From assembly GCA_029260735.1 (NCBI GenBank), contig JAJDCR010000015.1:65825-129824 (forward strand): a stretch of 64,000 nt of DNA, read 5' to 3'. This DNA comes from Planctomycetota bacterium (lineage in GTDB: Bacteria; Planctomycetota; Uabimicrobiia; Uabimicrobiales; Uabimicrobiaceae). Shown in pieces: positions 1 to 10,700 of this stretch (the first letter of the stretch is position 1; each line of letters begins with the position of its first letter). Under the pieces are notes generated by a model. That model had not been told where the DNA came from. It did not search any database and was given only the letters and a program-made list of their open reading frames with translations. Made by a program: the position numbers and the translations under genes.

Positions 1-38
1 TGGTTTTAGATTGTCTTCTTCCTCCTCGGCAATGGTAT

Positions 39-1019
39 TTGATTTTAGTCTTGATTTCATCAGCTTTACTCATATTTCACTATCTTCAAATCCAATCTCC
101 CACAATTGTCTTGATCTTTTTTTTATGGACAACAACCGCTCTTTGTCTAAAATATAAGGAGCTACAAACCTTTGCAATAAATAGCTCCGATAAAGAAAAG
201 ATAAATTTTGTTTTTCAAAACAAGGAAAGCATTAAAGAGTCTCCTGTTGAAGAAACTGAAAATAATAAAGATATCAAAGAGTCTCGCTTTCCACAGAATG
301 TGGTTCTAGACCAAATTCCTAAAGTTATTTTCCAGACCGATTGCCAAGGACAAATTCTCTATGCTAACCAGTTTGGTCGAGAGATGTTTTCCTTTGATGA
401 TAGGCAAAATTTTGGTTCGTTAATAAAAAGCCAACAAGAGAGAGAGATTTTCCTAAAGACCCTAGAACAATACTCCAACAACAAACCTTCTATTTTAAAA
501 TTCAATCTGAAAAAGAAAAATGGGATTGGTATTATTGCCCAAGTTCAAGTTAAAAAACTTCAAGTTCAAAGACTTTCTGGAGAAAACCATTCTTCCACTT
601 TTATGCTTTTAGTGGAAGACAAAACAGAGCACCATTTACTTCTCACAGTAATAGAGCAAGAAAGAAAAAAATTTTTCCAGATTGCAGAAAATCTTCCCCT
701 GGCTTTATGGGTTACATCTCATGATCAAACTTATGTTAATTATGTAAACAATGGATATACCCAAATCTGGGGAAAAAAGAAAAAAACCCTTCTTCAAGAT
801 AGCCAAAGTTGGTTGGAGCAAGTTCACCAAAGTGATCGATTGCGAGTCAAAAAAAGCTTAATGGAATCTCGCTCTAAACAAACTTTTTGGAAAGAAGAGT
901 ATCATCTCAACTTGCCAGGTAATAGAGAAATTAAAATTTTACACCGTTGCTTTTTTGTTTCCGCAAATTCTTCAACTTTACCTAATATTGTAAATATTGC
1001 AGAGGAAATATCTTTGTGA
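39..1019 (+). CDS. Membrane-anchored tandem PAS-domain sensor protein (possibly 5'-partial)
   Basis: Two PAS-like segments (FQTDCQGQILYANQFGREMF...; LALWVTSHDQTYVNYVNNGYTQIWG...) after a hydrophobic N-terminus. The frame is open back to position 3 and the annotated start is a TTG, so the gene may begin upstream of the window. The TGA stop overlaps the GTG start of the next ORF (GTGA). Confidence 0.5.
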   Translation: MILVLISSALLIFHYLQIQSPTIVLIFFLWTTTALCLKYKELQTFAINSSDKEKINFVFQNKESIKESPVEETENNKDIKESRFPQNVVLDQIPKVIFQTDCQGQILYANQFGREMFSFDDRQNFGSLIKSQQEREIFLKTLEQYSNNKPSILKFNLKKKNGIGIIAQVQVKKLQVQRLSGENHSSTFMLLVEDKTEHHLLLTVIEQERKKFFQIAENLPLALWVTSHDQTYVNYVNNGYTQIWGKKKKTLLQDSQSWLEQVHQSDRLRVKKSLMESRSKQTFWKEEYHLNLPGNREIKILHRCFFVSANSSTLPNIVNIAEEISL

Positions 1020-1441
1020 ACCAACTAAGAGGAGTTATTGTCGGCCTAAATCGGCAAAAAAACTTTGCCTTAATTAAAGTAAAAGTCCACCCAGAATTTC
1101 TTTTTCAAGTCTTTGTTATCTATGTTGAGGAAAACAGTAACTTCATCCAAGAGAAACGGCCAGTCATTTTATTATTCAAAGAAGTAGAAGTCGTTTTAGC
1201 TAAAACTTTCTCTTCTAATATTAGCATTTTAAATCAGTTTTCTGCTTTCATCCAAAAAAAAGAAGACGGACATCTTTTAACTCAAGTTCACTTAGATTTT
1301 TTTTCTCATTCACTCACAGCAATTGTTCCCACTTCTTTTATTGAACAAATGCAAATAAAAAAAGGAGAAAAGGTGTTCTGGATGATAAAGGCGAACGAAA
1401 TTACTCTCATTGATGATGGGAAAAATATCCCAAGCACCTAA
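1016..1441 (+). CDS. Small TOBE-like (transport-associated OB / Mop-like) domain protein
   Basis: The N-terminal NQLRGVIVGL... and a second NQFSAFIQKK...GEKVFWMIKANEITLI segment fit the two-repeat TOBE pattern. It is translationally coupled to the upstream PAS gene. Confidence 0.4.
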   Translation: MNQLRGVIVGLNRQKNFALIKVKVHPEFLFQVFVIYVEENSNFIQEKRPVILLFKEVEVVLAKTFSSNISILNQFSAFIQKKEDGHLLTQVHLDFFSHSLTAIVPTSFIEQMQIKKGEKVFWMIKANEITLIDDGKNIPST

Positions 1442-1526
1442 AACTTCATATTTTTCGCTGCCGAATAATAGGATAAACATTATTAAAAGAGTTTTGGAAA
1501 AATTCTTTTTTTTAACTTCATCTGTG

Positions 1527-1636
1527 AGGATGTGTTTTCATTCAGCTATTTCACGACTTAGCAATACTGAGTTCAAGGTAATTTCCTTACTATTGCTAAA
1601 AAAATACAACAAATTAAGCTGAATGAAGACACATCC
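1527..1636 (+). repeat. ~110-bp small element with 20-bp terminal inverted repeats (copy 1)
   Basis: GGATGTGTTTTCATTCAGCT at 1529-1548 pairs with AGCTGAATGAAGACACATCC at 1617-1636. The 68-bp core is ~85-90% identical to the core of the copy at 53480-53590 in opposite orientation. Confidence 0.7.
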
Positions 1637-1739
1637 TAAATAATTTCGTAGAAATTACTTCAAAAAAATCATAGAATAAGGAATACTAGATGAAAAAAAT
1701 CCCAATAAGTGTTCTTCTCCATATTCTAGGAAAATCCTC

Positions 1740-3824
1740 ATGAAGGATGATTTAATGAGTGTTGCCTTGGTTATAATTAGTGGTTGCCAAAAAAGAGAGG
1801 TAATCATCCTCCGCGAGGGGGACAAAATTGCTATCGGGCGAGATCCGGAATGTGATTTCCAGCTCTCTGATGCAAGTGTTTCTCGTAAACACTGTTACAT
1901 CTCACACTCTAATGGAAATACGTGGGTAGAAGATGCTGATAGTATGAACGGTATTTTTATCAACGAAGAACCCGTCAAAAAAGGATCGATTATCCCAGGG
2001 AATATTATAAAAATAGGTTCTGTTCATCTCAAACTAAAAGGTAGCCTCCAGCCTCGCGAGGTAATCGAAAAAACCAAACGCATTAAAAACGAGAAGCAAA
2101 CTTTTCGAGCTATTCATACCAAAAAAAGAAGTGATACAACTTTTGCCATAGATGTCTCTCCCCTCATTCTTCAGCGCAACTTAATTCTTTTGCATGACAC
2201 TGTGAAACTTATCCAACAAAGAACCAGTGTTCCTGAGTTACTTAGCGCTGTTTTAGAAACTCTCCTAAGCAAATTCCTTGTCGAACGAGGATGTTTTGTT
2301 TTAAAGGTCAACAATGAAGAAATAACGTCTGACTTCATCTATCGAACTAGAATAGAAAAAGACGGTGAAGAGTACTTCTCCGATGAAACTTTCTCCATTA
2401 ACTATGTTGTCCTTAACCAAGTTTTAAACCAAGGAGAAGGGCTTATCGGAGAAGGGATCTTGTGCGAAAACGAAAGTAGAGCTCATTCTAATCTCTTTTC
2501 CATTATTTGTGTTCCTATTGATGTTCATAATGGAATTCAAGGAGCGGTCTACCTGGAATCTCATCAAGGCGGACGTGGTTTTCGAAAAGAAGATCTAGAT
2601 CTTATTACCGCAGTAAGTCGTCAAGTAGGATTTGCCGTAGAAAAAACTCTTTTAGTCGAAAAAATAGCAGCTTCTGAACAACGTTTTAGAAATATTTACC
2701 AGTCTATCGTAGAAAACTATACCGATCTCCTCTATCGGCGCAATGCCGATCGCTCTTTTGCCATAATAAGCCCTTCAGTAGAGAGTTTTTTGGGAGTTTC
2801 TTTGGAAATTCTTTGGGAAAATCATAAAATTTGGGATAACTGCATTTATCCAGAAGATCGAAAGTTTGTCCTAAAAGAACAAGAGCAAGTATTCCAAGGT
2901 AAACACCTTTGTTTAGAATATCGAATGATTAAAGGTAATGGAGAAATTATCTGGGTAGAAGAAACCAGCTATCCGATTCGAAACAAAGCCAATCAAATAA
3001 CTTGTATGCAAGCAACAGTTAAAGACATCACTGAACGGAAAAAAAGTACTATTGAGTTGAAAAAATCTAATGAACAGCTGAAAAAATTTGCTAAGTTAGT
3101 TACTCATGATCTAAAGGAACCTCTTCGCAAGATCATTATGTTCGGGGATATTTTTAATAAAAAATATCTTAGTATTCTAGACGAAAAGGGCGTAGAGTAT
3201 GCAAAAAGAACTGTAAACGCTGCTCATACAATGCTGAATCTTTTAGAGAACCTTCGTAAGTATATTGATATACTAGTAACCCCTTGCCGAATCAGCCAAG
3301 TTGACTTACATGTTGTGGCTAACAAAGTAAAACAAGAGTTAGCTCCTCAAATATCTGAACTCAAGGGGGAGATGGAGATAGGGGAACTTCAAGTCATTGA
3401 AGCGGATCCTCAAAGAATTGCCCAAATGATCTACCATTTGGTTAAGAACTCATTAAAATATTCTAGTGATAAACCTCCTTTTGTAAAAATTTACAGTACC
3501 CTAGAGACTCAAAATGTTAGCGGTGAAATTTTTCATAATTGCCAAGTTTGCAAGATTTTTGTAGAAGATAATGGTGTCGGAATTGAAGAAAGGCACACAG
3601 CTCGCATCTTTGAGTTATGCAAAAAACTTCAATTTAGCCAGAGTGAAGTAGGAATAGGCTTAGCTGTATGTCAGAAAATTGCAGAGCAACATAGAGGTAG
3701 TATTGAGGTAAAAAGTAAGCCAGGACAAGGCTCCGTGTTTATAGTATCCTTGCCATTCCAAAAAAGACCACAACAGCAACAAGAAACAAAGGAAATTTTC
3801 CAAGTAAAAAGAGAAGTCAGGTAA
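1740..3824 (+). CDS. FHA-GAF-PAS sensor histidine kinase
   Basis: N-terminal FHA motif (GRDPECDFQL...SRKHCYI...NGIFIN), then GAF and PAS segments, a HisKA H-box (LVTHDLKEPLRKI) and an HATPase_c G-boxes (DNGVGIEE...GIGLAVCQKIAEQHRGSIEVKSKPGQGSVF). Confidence 0.8.
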   Translation: MKDDLMSVALVIISGCQKREVIILREGDKIAIGRDPECDFQLSDASVSRKHCYISHSNGNTWVEDADSMNGIFINEEPVKKGSIIPGNIIKIGSVHLKLKGSLQPREVIEKTKRIKNEKQTFRAIHTKKRSDTTFAIDVSPLILQRNLILLHDTVKLIQQRTSVPELLSAVLETLLSKFLVERGCFVLKVNNEEITSDFIYRTRIEKDGEEYFSDETFSINYVVLNQVLNQGEGLIGEGILCENESRAHSNLFSIICVPIDVHNGIQGAVYLESHQGGRGFRKEDLDLITAVSRQVGFAVEKTLLVEKIAASEQRFRNIYQSIVENYTDLLYRRNADRSFAIISPSVESFLGVSLEILWENHKIWDNCIYPEDRKFVLKEQEQVFQGKHLCLEYRMIKGNGEIIWVEETSYPIRNKANQITCMQATVKDITERKKSTIELKKSNEQLKKFAKLVTHDLKEPLRKIIMFGDIFNKKYLSILDEKGVEYAKRTVNAAHTMLNLLENLRKYIDILVTPCRISQVDLHVVANKVKQELAPQISELKGEMEIGELQVIEADPQRIAQMIYHLVKNSLKYSSDKPPFVKIYSTLETQNVSGEIFHNCQVCKIFVEDNGVGIEERHTARIFELCKKLQFSQSEVGIGLAVCQKIAEQHRGSIEVKSKPGQGSVFIVSLPFQKRPQQQQETKEIFQVKREVR

Positions 3825-3956
3825 ACTTGGCATCCAAAAAGAGAAAAATAGTGTTGTTTTGTAAGAAAGTTCCCATGAAATTTTTTTTCACTATCTTTGC
3901 AAAACTTTTTCACTGGAAACCCCTTACTATTATTTAAACCTGTATGGAAAAATCTC

Positions 3957-5096
3957 ATGGACAAGGTTAATATATTATTTGTAAAAGAGACTTTAGGCGA
4001 TCAAGCAAAAGAATCTTTTTTTTCTCCAGAAGAAAATTCTTTTTCTCATCAAATAACATATGCTGAAAATATAGAGGATGCTTGCCATCTTTTAACATCA
4101 GAAGAACCCGACGTTATCTTAATAGATGCTCAACTCATTTTTAGCACAAAAGATGTAAAAAACATTATCAAAGCAGCTACAATAAAACCTGTTATTGTTT
4201 TGTCGCCTATTGAAAACGAAGATCTTGCGACGCGGTGTTTACGAGAAGGTGTCCAAGATTTTCTAGAACCAAGTGTTTTTAAGAATCCCTTACTTTTTCG
4301 AAAAGCTCTGATCTATGCCAAAGAACGTAAACAAGCAGAAAAAGAATTACAAATCCGTAACGAAAATTTGGAGAATAGTAATTGGGAGCTTAAGAGTTTT
4401 ACTTCCGCAGCATCTCATGATCTTCAGGAACCTCTTCGTAAAGTAAGAGCCTTTTGCGATATACTAGATAGAAGATTTTCTTCTAATATTCCTGAAGAAG
4501 CTCAGGATTATTTTGATCGCATTAAAAATGCGGCTGCTCGTATGCAAAGATTAATTCAAGACTTACTAACTCTCTCAAAAATCACGAATCAAAATAAACC
4601 GTTAACTTGTGTTGATTTAAATGACGTTGTTCAAGGCGTCTTGGGAGATTTAGAAATCAGGCTAAGAGAAACAGAAGGAACTGTTGAAGTTGGGGATTTA
4701 CCTCATATTGATGCCGATTTAGTCCAAATGAGACAACTCTTTCAAAATTTAATTGGCAATGCTTTAAAGTTTCACGAAAAAGGACAAAAAGCAAAAGTAG
4801 AAATTTTTTGCCGCCGAATAGAGGATGTTAAAGAAAATTCAGAGACTTTGAATAATTTTTGTGAGATTGTCGTTCAAGATCATGGTATTGGCTTCGATGA
4901 AAAATATAGAAGTCGTATTTTTATAGCTTTTGAACGTCTTCATAGCCGAGGCAAATATGAAGGAACAGGAGTAGGTTTAGCTATTTGTCGAAAAATTATT
5001 GAGCGTCATAATGGAAAAATAGAGGTCGAAAGTAAGCCGGGTGAAGGTGCCCGTTTTATTGTTTACCTACCTGTAAAGCATACTCGTACATCCTGA
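3957..5096 (+). CDS. Hybrid receiver (REC)-histidine kinase
   Basis: REC-like N-terminus (VILIDAQL...VIVLSP), HisKA H-box (ASHDLQEPLRKV) and HATPase_c (QDHGIGFDE...GTGVGLAICRKIIERHNGKIEVESKPGEGARF). The track start at 3897 is a TTG; the in-frame ATG at 3957 (MDKVNILFV) is the more plausible start. Confidence 0.75.
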   Translation: MDKVNILFVKETLGDQAKESFFSPEENSFSHQITYAENIEDACHLLTSEEPDVILIDAQLIFSTKDVKNIIKAATIKPVIVLSPIENEDLATRCLREGVQDFLEPSVFKNPLLFRKALIYAKERKQAEKELQIRNENLENSNWELKSFTSAASHDLQEPLRKVRAFCDILDRRFSSNIPEEAQDYFDRIKNAAARMQRLIQDLLTLSKITNQNKPLTCVDLNDVVQGVLGDLEIRLRETEGTVEVGDLPHIDADLVQMRQLFQNLIGNALKFHEKGQKAKVEIFCRRIEDVKENSETLNNFCEIVVQDHGIGFDEKYRSRIFIAFERLHSRGKYEGTGVGLAICRKIIERHNGKIEVESKPGEGARFIVYLPVKHTRTS

Positions 5097-5171
5097 AATT
5101 TTTATTGCACTCCATTAAACTTCTTGCTAAAATAGCGGCCGCTAATAATCTAAAATTTCGCAAAAATCAGG

Positions 5172-7622
5172 ATGGAGATTTTTATGCAAAGGCTCAAAAC
5201 TATTGGAGATATTCAGACTGCTGCTGAGCGTCTAGAAAATTCTGCTCTCCAGTGGTTAAATTCTTGCTCTACTGCCTCCGTTAATGAAAAAATTGTAACG
5301 GGACAAAAGCACCTCCAAGAATGCCTAAAAATCTGTAGCCAACCATGGAAATCTATTATTATGGGGCAAAGTGGAGGCGAAAAGAATCTCTTATTGAACG
5401 CATTGCTTGATTCAACAGAGCTCATTCCCAGTCAACACAAACAAAATATTTGCAATACATTGGAAATTTCCTTAGAATTTCGCTCAGCCAAAAAGCCTCC
5501 TACTCTTGAAAAAAGCCAACTAATTTTAGTAAACAAAGAACAGTCTTTTTCTATTGTAAATAAATTCTTGCAACTTTTGTCTGATAAATCGATTTCACTA
5601 CCTACCCAAATAGAATCATGGGACGATCTTCAGCTCATCGAGGACATATTAGTTTCCGCTCCTGCATCATCTATTATGTCTTACCAAGCGATAGAGTATA
5701 TTATTGCTTTAAAAAATAATATATCCTTGATTTCAGACAAAGGGCATATTTTTGATATATCCTCTTATCAGTTAAACTCGTGCCTTTTCTCCGAAAATCT
5801 TAGCCTGGCTAATACTGAAAAAAGTCTAGCTGAATTTCAGCAACAGTGTCTCGATATTCAAGAAAAACAACCTTCTCTGTTATCTTCTCATAGCAAATTA
5901 GAAACGTCAGAAATTCTCGCGATTTTCCCCCTGATTTATAAGGTTTTTATGTCTGTGGATGTCTGGGAAGATCCTTTTCAAGAAAAACTAGGCTCTGCAA
6001 CTAATCCAATTATTTTTATCAATATTCCTGACTTAAGCAAGCAGAGTTCAGTAAAGGATCTCGTTCTTTTAGAAAAAGAAATTTTTCATATCCACTCTCT
6101 CTTATTTGTTTTAGATAGCGCTCATGTGGTTAACAATAAAATTTCTGAACTAGAGAGGCTTTTTTGGGATCAATTAAAAAAACTAGGTGATCGAACGATT
6201 TTGGCCTTCAATCGATTTGAAAAATTTCCCTACTTTTCCTCCTCTAATTATTCTGAGTTTTGTAATAGAGGCGACAAAACTGGTTTTTCTTCCATTCTTC
6301 AGTTGAGTAAAAGTATCTGCAATGATTTTTCTAACCAAGTTTACTTGTGTTCTGCTGTAAGTTATCTTTTTGAATCTCGTATGGAAAGAAGTAATTGGGT
6401 ATTTGGAAAATCGCAATGGTTTGCTAATGGAGAACGCCAAGCTAGCCATTCTCTTTTTAAAAGAAATCGTTCTCAGATTGAAAAATACATATACCAATTG
6501 TCCACTGATCCTAAGTTAAAACTCGAGAAACAAAGTAAACTTACTCTTGAAAAATATTTAGAAAAAGCAGGTGTTCCCAAGCTAAGGAATGCTTTAATTC
6601 GAATGTCCAAAGATAAAGGACAACAATACATTAAAGAAAAAGCTCTCCATGCTTTACACTCAGCTTACACCATTTTAACGAAAGCTTTACCTCAAAATGG
6701 TGAACCCAGCATAAATATAGAAATAACCAGTTTAGCTCAAAAATTTTATCGAGACTTAGAAGTTGCTATCGCAGATGCTTTCCCAAGTGGGCCAAGTCAT
6801 TTTCAAAAACTAATGGTTCGCGATAAAAATGAAGATTTACCTCTTTGGGAAATAATGGAAAGACATATTTCTTCTCGCATTGTCAACTGGCCAGAATGGT
6901 TTGCTATCTTAAATCAAAATCAAGAAGATAGACAAGATCAAAAAGAAATTCACTTTGAAGAAGGTCGAGAAACAAAAACATTCGGAAGATACAACAAACT
7001 AAAAAAAAGTGGAACAGAAGTTCCCAAAGAGTTTGAGGCTTTCAATGAACGTTTTCAAGAAACGGCCGAAGAAATCTATACTTATTCTTTAGAGATGATT
7101 GAAAAATCGATCCTTTATAGTATCGAAAGGTTTGAAAATCACCCTGATTATCAGCAAATTTGTGAAACTTTTCGATCAGCCATTGACTTAGATAAACTAA
7201 TGCAAAGTGAAGAGGGCTTACCTTTAATGGATGCCTGGAAGCCAAGTCAAATGGCAAAAGAAGACATTTTACCGGAGATTATTGAACGGGTAAAAGATGA
7301 AACAGAAGCCATGAAAAACCTTCGATATCCCTATGATGTCCATAAACCTTGTAATTGGAATATGGCTCTAATTGTTCGTATTCAAGTACAGATTTTAAAG
7401 ACGCTGAGAGATCGTATTTCTCGATTAATTGCTTCGGCTGAAGCTAATTTCCAGAGCTTTTTTATTAATGAAATTTTTCGAGGAGAAATTTTACCTTTAG
7501 TTCGTGGTTCTTTACATAACAACCAGTTCTTAGCGGCCATAGTAAAAACAGATGGTCTTTCTCCCACAACAGGAAATGAAACTTTACGCGATATTTTAGG
7601 AAGCATTAAGGTGCTTCAATAG
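5172..7622 (+). CDS. Large hypothetical protein, possibly a dynamin-like GTPase paralog with degenerate G motifs
   Basis: ATG preceded by an AGGA RBS. GQSGGEKNLLLNALL resembles a dynamin P-loop but lacks GKS/T; NIPDL resembles G3 (DxPG) and NRFE resembles G4 (NKxD). These are weak motif-level similarities only. Confidence 0.35.
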   Translation: MEIFMQRLKTIGDIQTAAERLENSALQWLNSCSTASVNEKIVTGQKHLQECLKICSQPWKSIIMGQSGGEKNLLLNALLDSTELIPSQHKQNICNTLEISLEFRSAKKPPTLEKSQLILVNKEQSFSIVNKFLQLLSDKSISLPTQIESWDDLQLIEDILVSAPASSIMSYQAIEYIIALKNNISLISDKGHIFDISSYQLNSCLFSENLSLANTEKSLAEFQQQCLDIQEKQPSLLSSHSKLETSEILAIFPLIYKVFMSVDVWEDPFQEKLGSATNPIIFINIPDLSKQSSVKDLVLLEKEIFHIHSLLFVLDSAHVVNNKISELERLFWDQLKKLGDRTILAFNRFEKFPYFSSSNYSEFCNRGDKTGFSSILQLSKSICNDFSNQVYLCSAVSYLFESRMERSNWVFGKSQWFANGERQASHSLFKRNRSQIEKYIYQLSTDPKLKLEKQSKLTLEKYLEKAGVPKLRNALIRMSKDKGQQYIKEKALHALHSAYTILTKALPQNGEPSINIEITSLAQKFYRDLEVAIADAFPSGPSHFQKLMVRDKNEDLPLWEIMERHISSRIVNWPEWFAILNQNQEDRQDQKEIHFEEGRETKTFGRYNKLKKSGTEVPKEFEAFNERFQETAEEIYTYSLEMIEKSILYSIERFENHPDYQQICETFRSAIDLDKLMQSEEGLPLMDAWKPSQMAKEDILPEIIERVKDETEAMKNLRYPYDVHKPCNWNMALIVRIQVQILKTLRDRISRLIASAEANFQSFFINEIFRGEILPLVRGSLHNNQFLAAIVKTDGLSPTTGNETLRDILGSIKVLQ

Positions 7623-7649
7623 AACATGGCGAGAATGTCTCCTGAATTA

Positions 7650-7680
7650 AGGAAGTTTCGATGAAACTTCCTTTCATTTT
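7650..7680 (+). terminator. Rho-independent terminator
   Basis: Perfect 10-bp stem AGGAAGTTTC/GAAACTTCCT with a 3-nt loop, followed by a T-rich tract (TTCATTTTCTT), 28 nt after the stop of the 5172-7622 gene. Confidence 0.7.
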
Positions 7681-7774
7681 CTTAAACTTTCATCGATTTT
7701 CTTTCAACTGTTTTCTCTCAATCTAGAATGGGTTTACTTTATCATTTTAGATACCTTACTAGGAAAGGTCTCTT

Positions 7775-10700
7775 ATGACTGAAAATCTTAAGTTTTATCC
7801 TTCGCATAAAACAATAACCATCAACCCGATAGATCCTATTGGAGAACTAAGATATTTTCTTGAGGGATTTTCTGGCGAAATCAGCCAAAAGGAAATCACT
7901 CTTAAGTATGCATTTCCTGCTAAGTTAGGGACAGCTTCTCCGACTGTAAAGGAAAAAATACGAGGTATTTTGATTCAAATTTTAGATATTACTCACTTTA
8001 GTGTGGAATCAGGAAGAGGTCAAGCAACTATAACCGTTCCTGTATCTCGTATCAGTGATCCTAATTTGCTACCCCAAGAATCTCCTATTACTGTTCCTAT
8101 TTTAGTCAAGTTGATAAAAGCAGCTTCTGAAAATGAAGAGCAAGTAGAGTTTAAGTGTTCTCAAGAACTTATCATCGATACAGAACACTCTCCTTCTGAG
8201 CACGAACAAGATATGGAGACTTCTGACGAAGTTCAAGACGACGATGCTTTCAGCCAAGGCTACGATGAAGGAATGGATGAAGGCAGTGGTGCTGATGACG
8301 ATGATCATGATGGTGAAGGAATGGATGATAATTATTCTGGTGGGCAAGACGACTCTGATGAAGAGGAAGAAGAAGGATATGCTAGTCCAGGTGGGCCACG
8401 AGAAATATCAGAAGCAGGGTTATATAGTGGTCTAATTGCCATAGATTATGGTACGACAAACTCTGCCATCGTAGTAAGAGATCCTCGCTATGCTGCAGAA
8501 GAAGTACGTGGGCAACTTAGTAGTGAGCAGTGGCTATCTCTATGTGAATGGGTTAACTCTTGGTTGGCCGAACATTTATCAAAAATAGACCCAAATGAAA
8601 CAGATCTTTTTGTAGAAAACTTAACTCGAATTGTTCCTAATGCAGATCTTCCCACTTGTGGTACTCCTGAAGACGAAATAAAACGCTCTTTAGTTAAACT
8701 TGATGATGTAGTTAGGGAACAAGTTCTCAAAGAGACTCTCTGCCGGCTTTCTAACTTCTCCCAAGAAGGAACCAATGCCAAAATTTTAAAAGATATTGCT
8801 CCTGAAGTAATGTTTGGCTTTGAATCAGTTATTGATTCTAAGAGTTTAGAATCTCAAAGATACTTTGTTTTGGAACTCGACGAAAATGCAGGCCCGGGCC
8901 CTATTCCTAGTGCCCTTCAAATTGTCTCAGCTCCAGCAACAGAAGATCTAGGGATTTTAATACAAGAAACACGAGTAGATATGGGAGCTCGGGTTGGTCT
9001 TTTACTCAGAAGCGCAGCTAGTGGTGGTGCAGACATCCGACAATTTGTTTTATCTATAAAAAGATACTTCGGTCGAGATGAAGTGATTGAAGTCGTTCCT
9101 GTCGAAAATGGAACTTCTCCTATTCAATTTCCTGCTGATATTCTTTGTCGATTAACCTATCGTGAACTGATTACTCGTGCCGTTAATGACATTCACCGTC
9201 GTGCAGATGCAGGACAGTTTCAAGATGCCCAGTGGCCTTGCTCAGTAGTAGCCACTTTCCCTACCTCTTATCCTGCTTCTTTACGCCGAAGCCTCAAAGA
9301 GATTTTGACCGACCTTAACATCAAAGAAATTGATACTCGTTTTGATGAGGCGACTGCTGCTGCTATATATTATATATGGCGAGAAGTTGGTGCCGACCCT
9401 GTCTGTGGAATGAATGGTTTGATGGCTCGATGCCGCAAAGATCGTCATGGACGCTCTTACCAAAATATCCTTCTCTATGACTTGGGAGGAGGAACAACAG
9501 ACATAGCTCTTATTCAACTGATTTACGAAGAGTTAGCTATTTTCGAGCCTGACGAAGATAAAGGAAATGGCGGCCGCTACTTCCGAATTACTCCTCGTCT
9601 TCTTGGTACGACAGGACACCGCTACATCGGAGGTGATTTAATCACCCTTTGGCTCTTCCGATTAGTAAAATCCAAGCTGGCTGATTGTCTTCTAACTTTG
9701 ATTATGGAAAAGAACATCGATCCTCCAATGGACAGTCCTCTAAGCCAACTTCTTCTTAATCTGCCCGAGGATTTAGTTGAAACTGATATGGAAGACGAAG
9801 ATGCTCCTCCTCGTTATCGCCGTGGCTCGCTCTTAGAGTGGACTAGTCATCCTATGCAACAAATGTCAAAGTACAACAACCTCAATGAAACTGTTCTTGA
9901 TTTGTTAGTACCTACTTGCTTTGCGAGTGACTCTTCACGCATTCCTTATTTCTTTACTCTTTGGGAAATGACAGAAGAATTAAAGAAAATTCTAGGAACT
10001 CCAGTAACAACCGATGCAGGAAGTGGCTTAGCCGTAGAGTGGCCAGAAGAAACAGAACTCGACAGTGGTTTACTTTACAACTTTGTTCAATCCGCTCATC
10101 CTTGGCTAACAGACTCTGGTTTGATCCAGCAAGATGATCTTCGTCTTTCTGTCACTCAAACTGAGCTAACTCGCACCGCAAAGGACCCTATCAATCAGTC
10201 TCTTAGCTTAGCAGTCAGTCTTTCTAAAGCTAGATTGTTAACTCAAGAGCACCACGATCGAATTGATAGATTAATTCTTTCTGGTCAATCTTGTAACATG
10301 CAATGTGTCCAGACTGTTGCGAATGAAGTTTTCCGAGATAGCGACGGAGTTTTTGATTACGATCCGGCCAATGTTCGGTTTGATCGTGAGTCTGCCAAAA
10401 CATCTGTTGCCATTGGGGCCTGTATTGGTCGCTATCTAGAATCGGTTAGAATTGATCCTTACAACGAAAAAACGAGAGAAATGCTTCGTGATGGTTACGA
10501 TCAAATAGAATTGGTTATTGAAAACCTTTTCACTTATCTATCATGTCGCTTAGCTTATGACTCTCTGGTTGCTATGGTAACAATTTTTGACCAAGGTCAC
10601 GAGTTGAATTTACGATCTTTCACTGATCGTCGTCCTGTTGCTCGGACTTCTATCAATAACTTACGTCCGGTTCAGGAGAAATTCTGGATTTACCGTATTG

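Noticed and set aside
1410-1622. 70-aa ORF on + strand
   Set aside because: It spans the small TIR element and its palindromic core and has a low-complexity translation. It is most likely a non-coding element.
3671-3964. 97-aa minus-strand ORF
   Set aside because: It overlaps the 3' end of the FHA-HK and the start region of the REC-HK. The Cys-rich translation comes from a poly-Gln-coding (CAG/CAA) region read in antisense.
8102-8435. Small ORFs on both strands inside the acidic region of the Hsp70-like gene
   Set aside because: These are low-complexity GA-rich coding repeats read in alternative frames.
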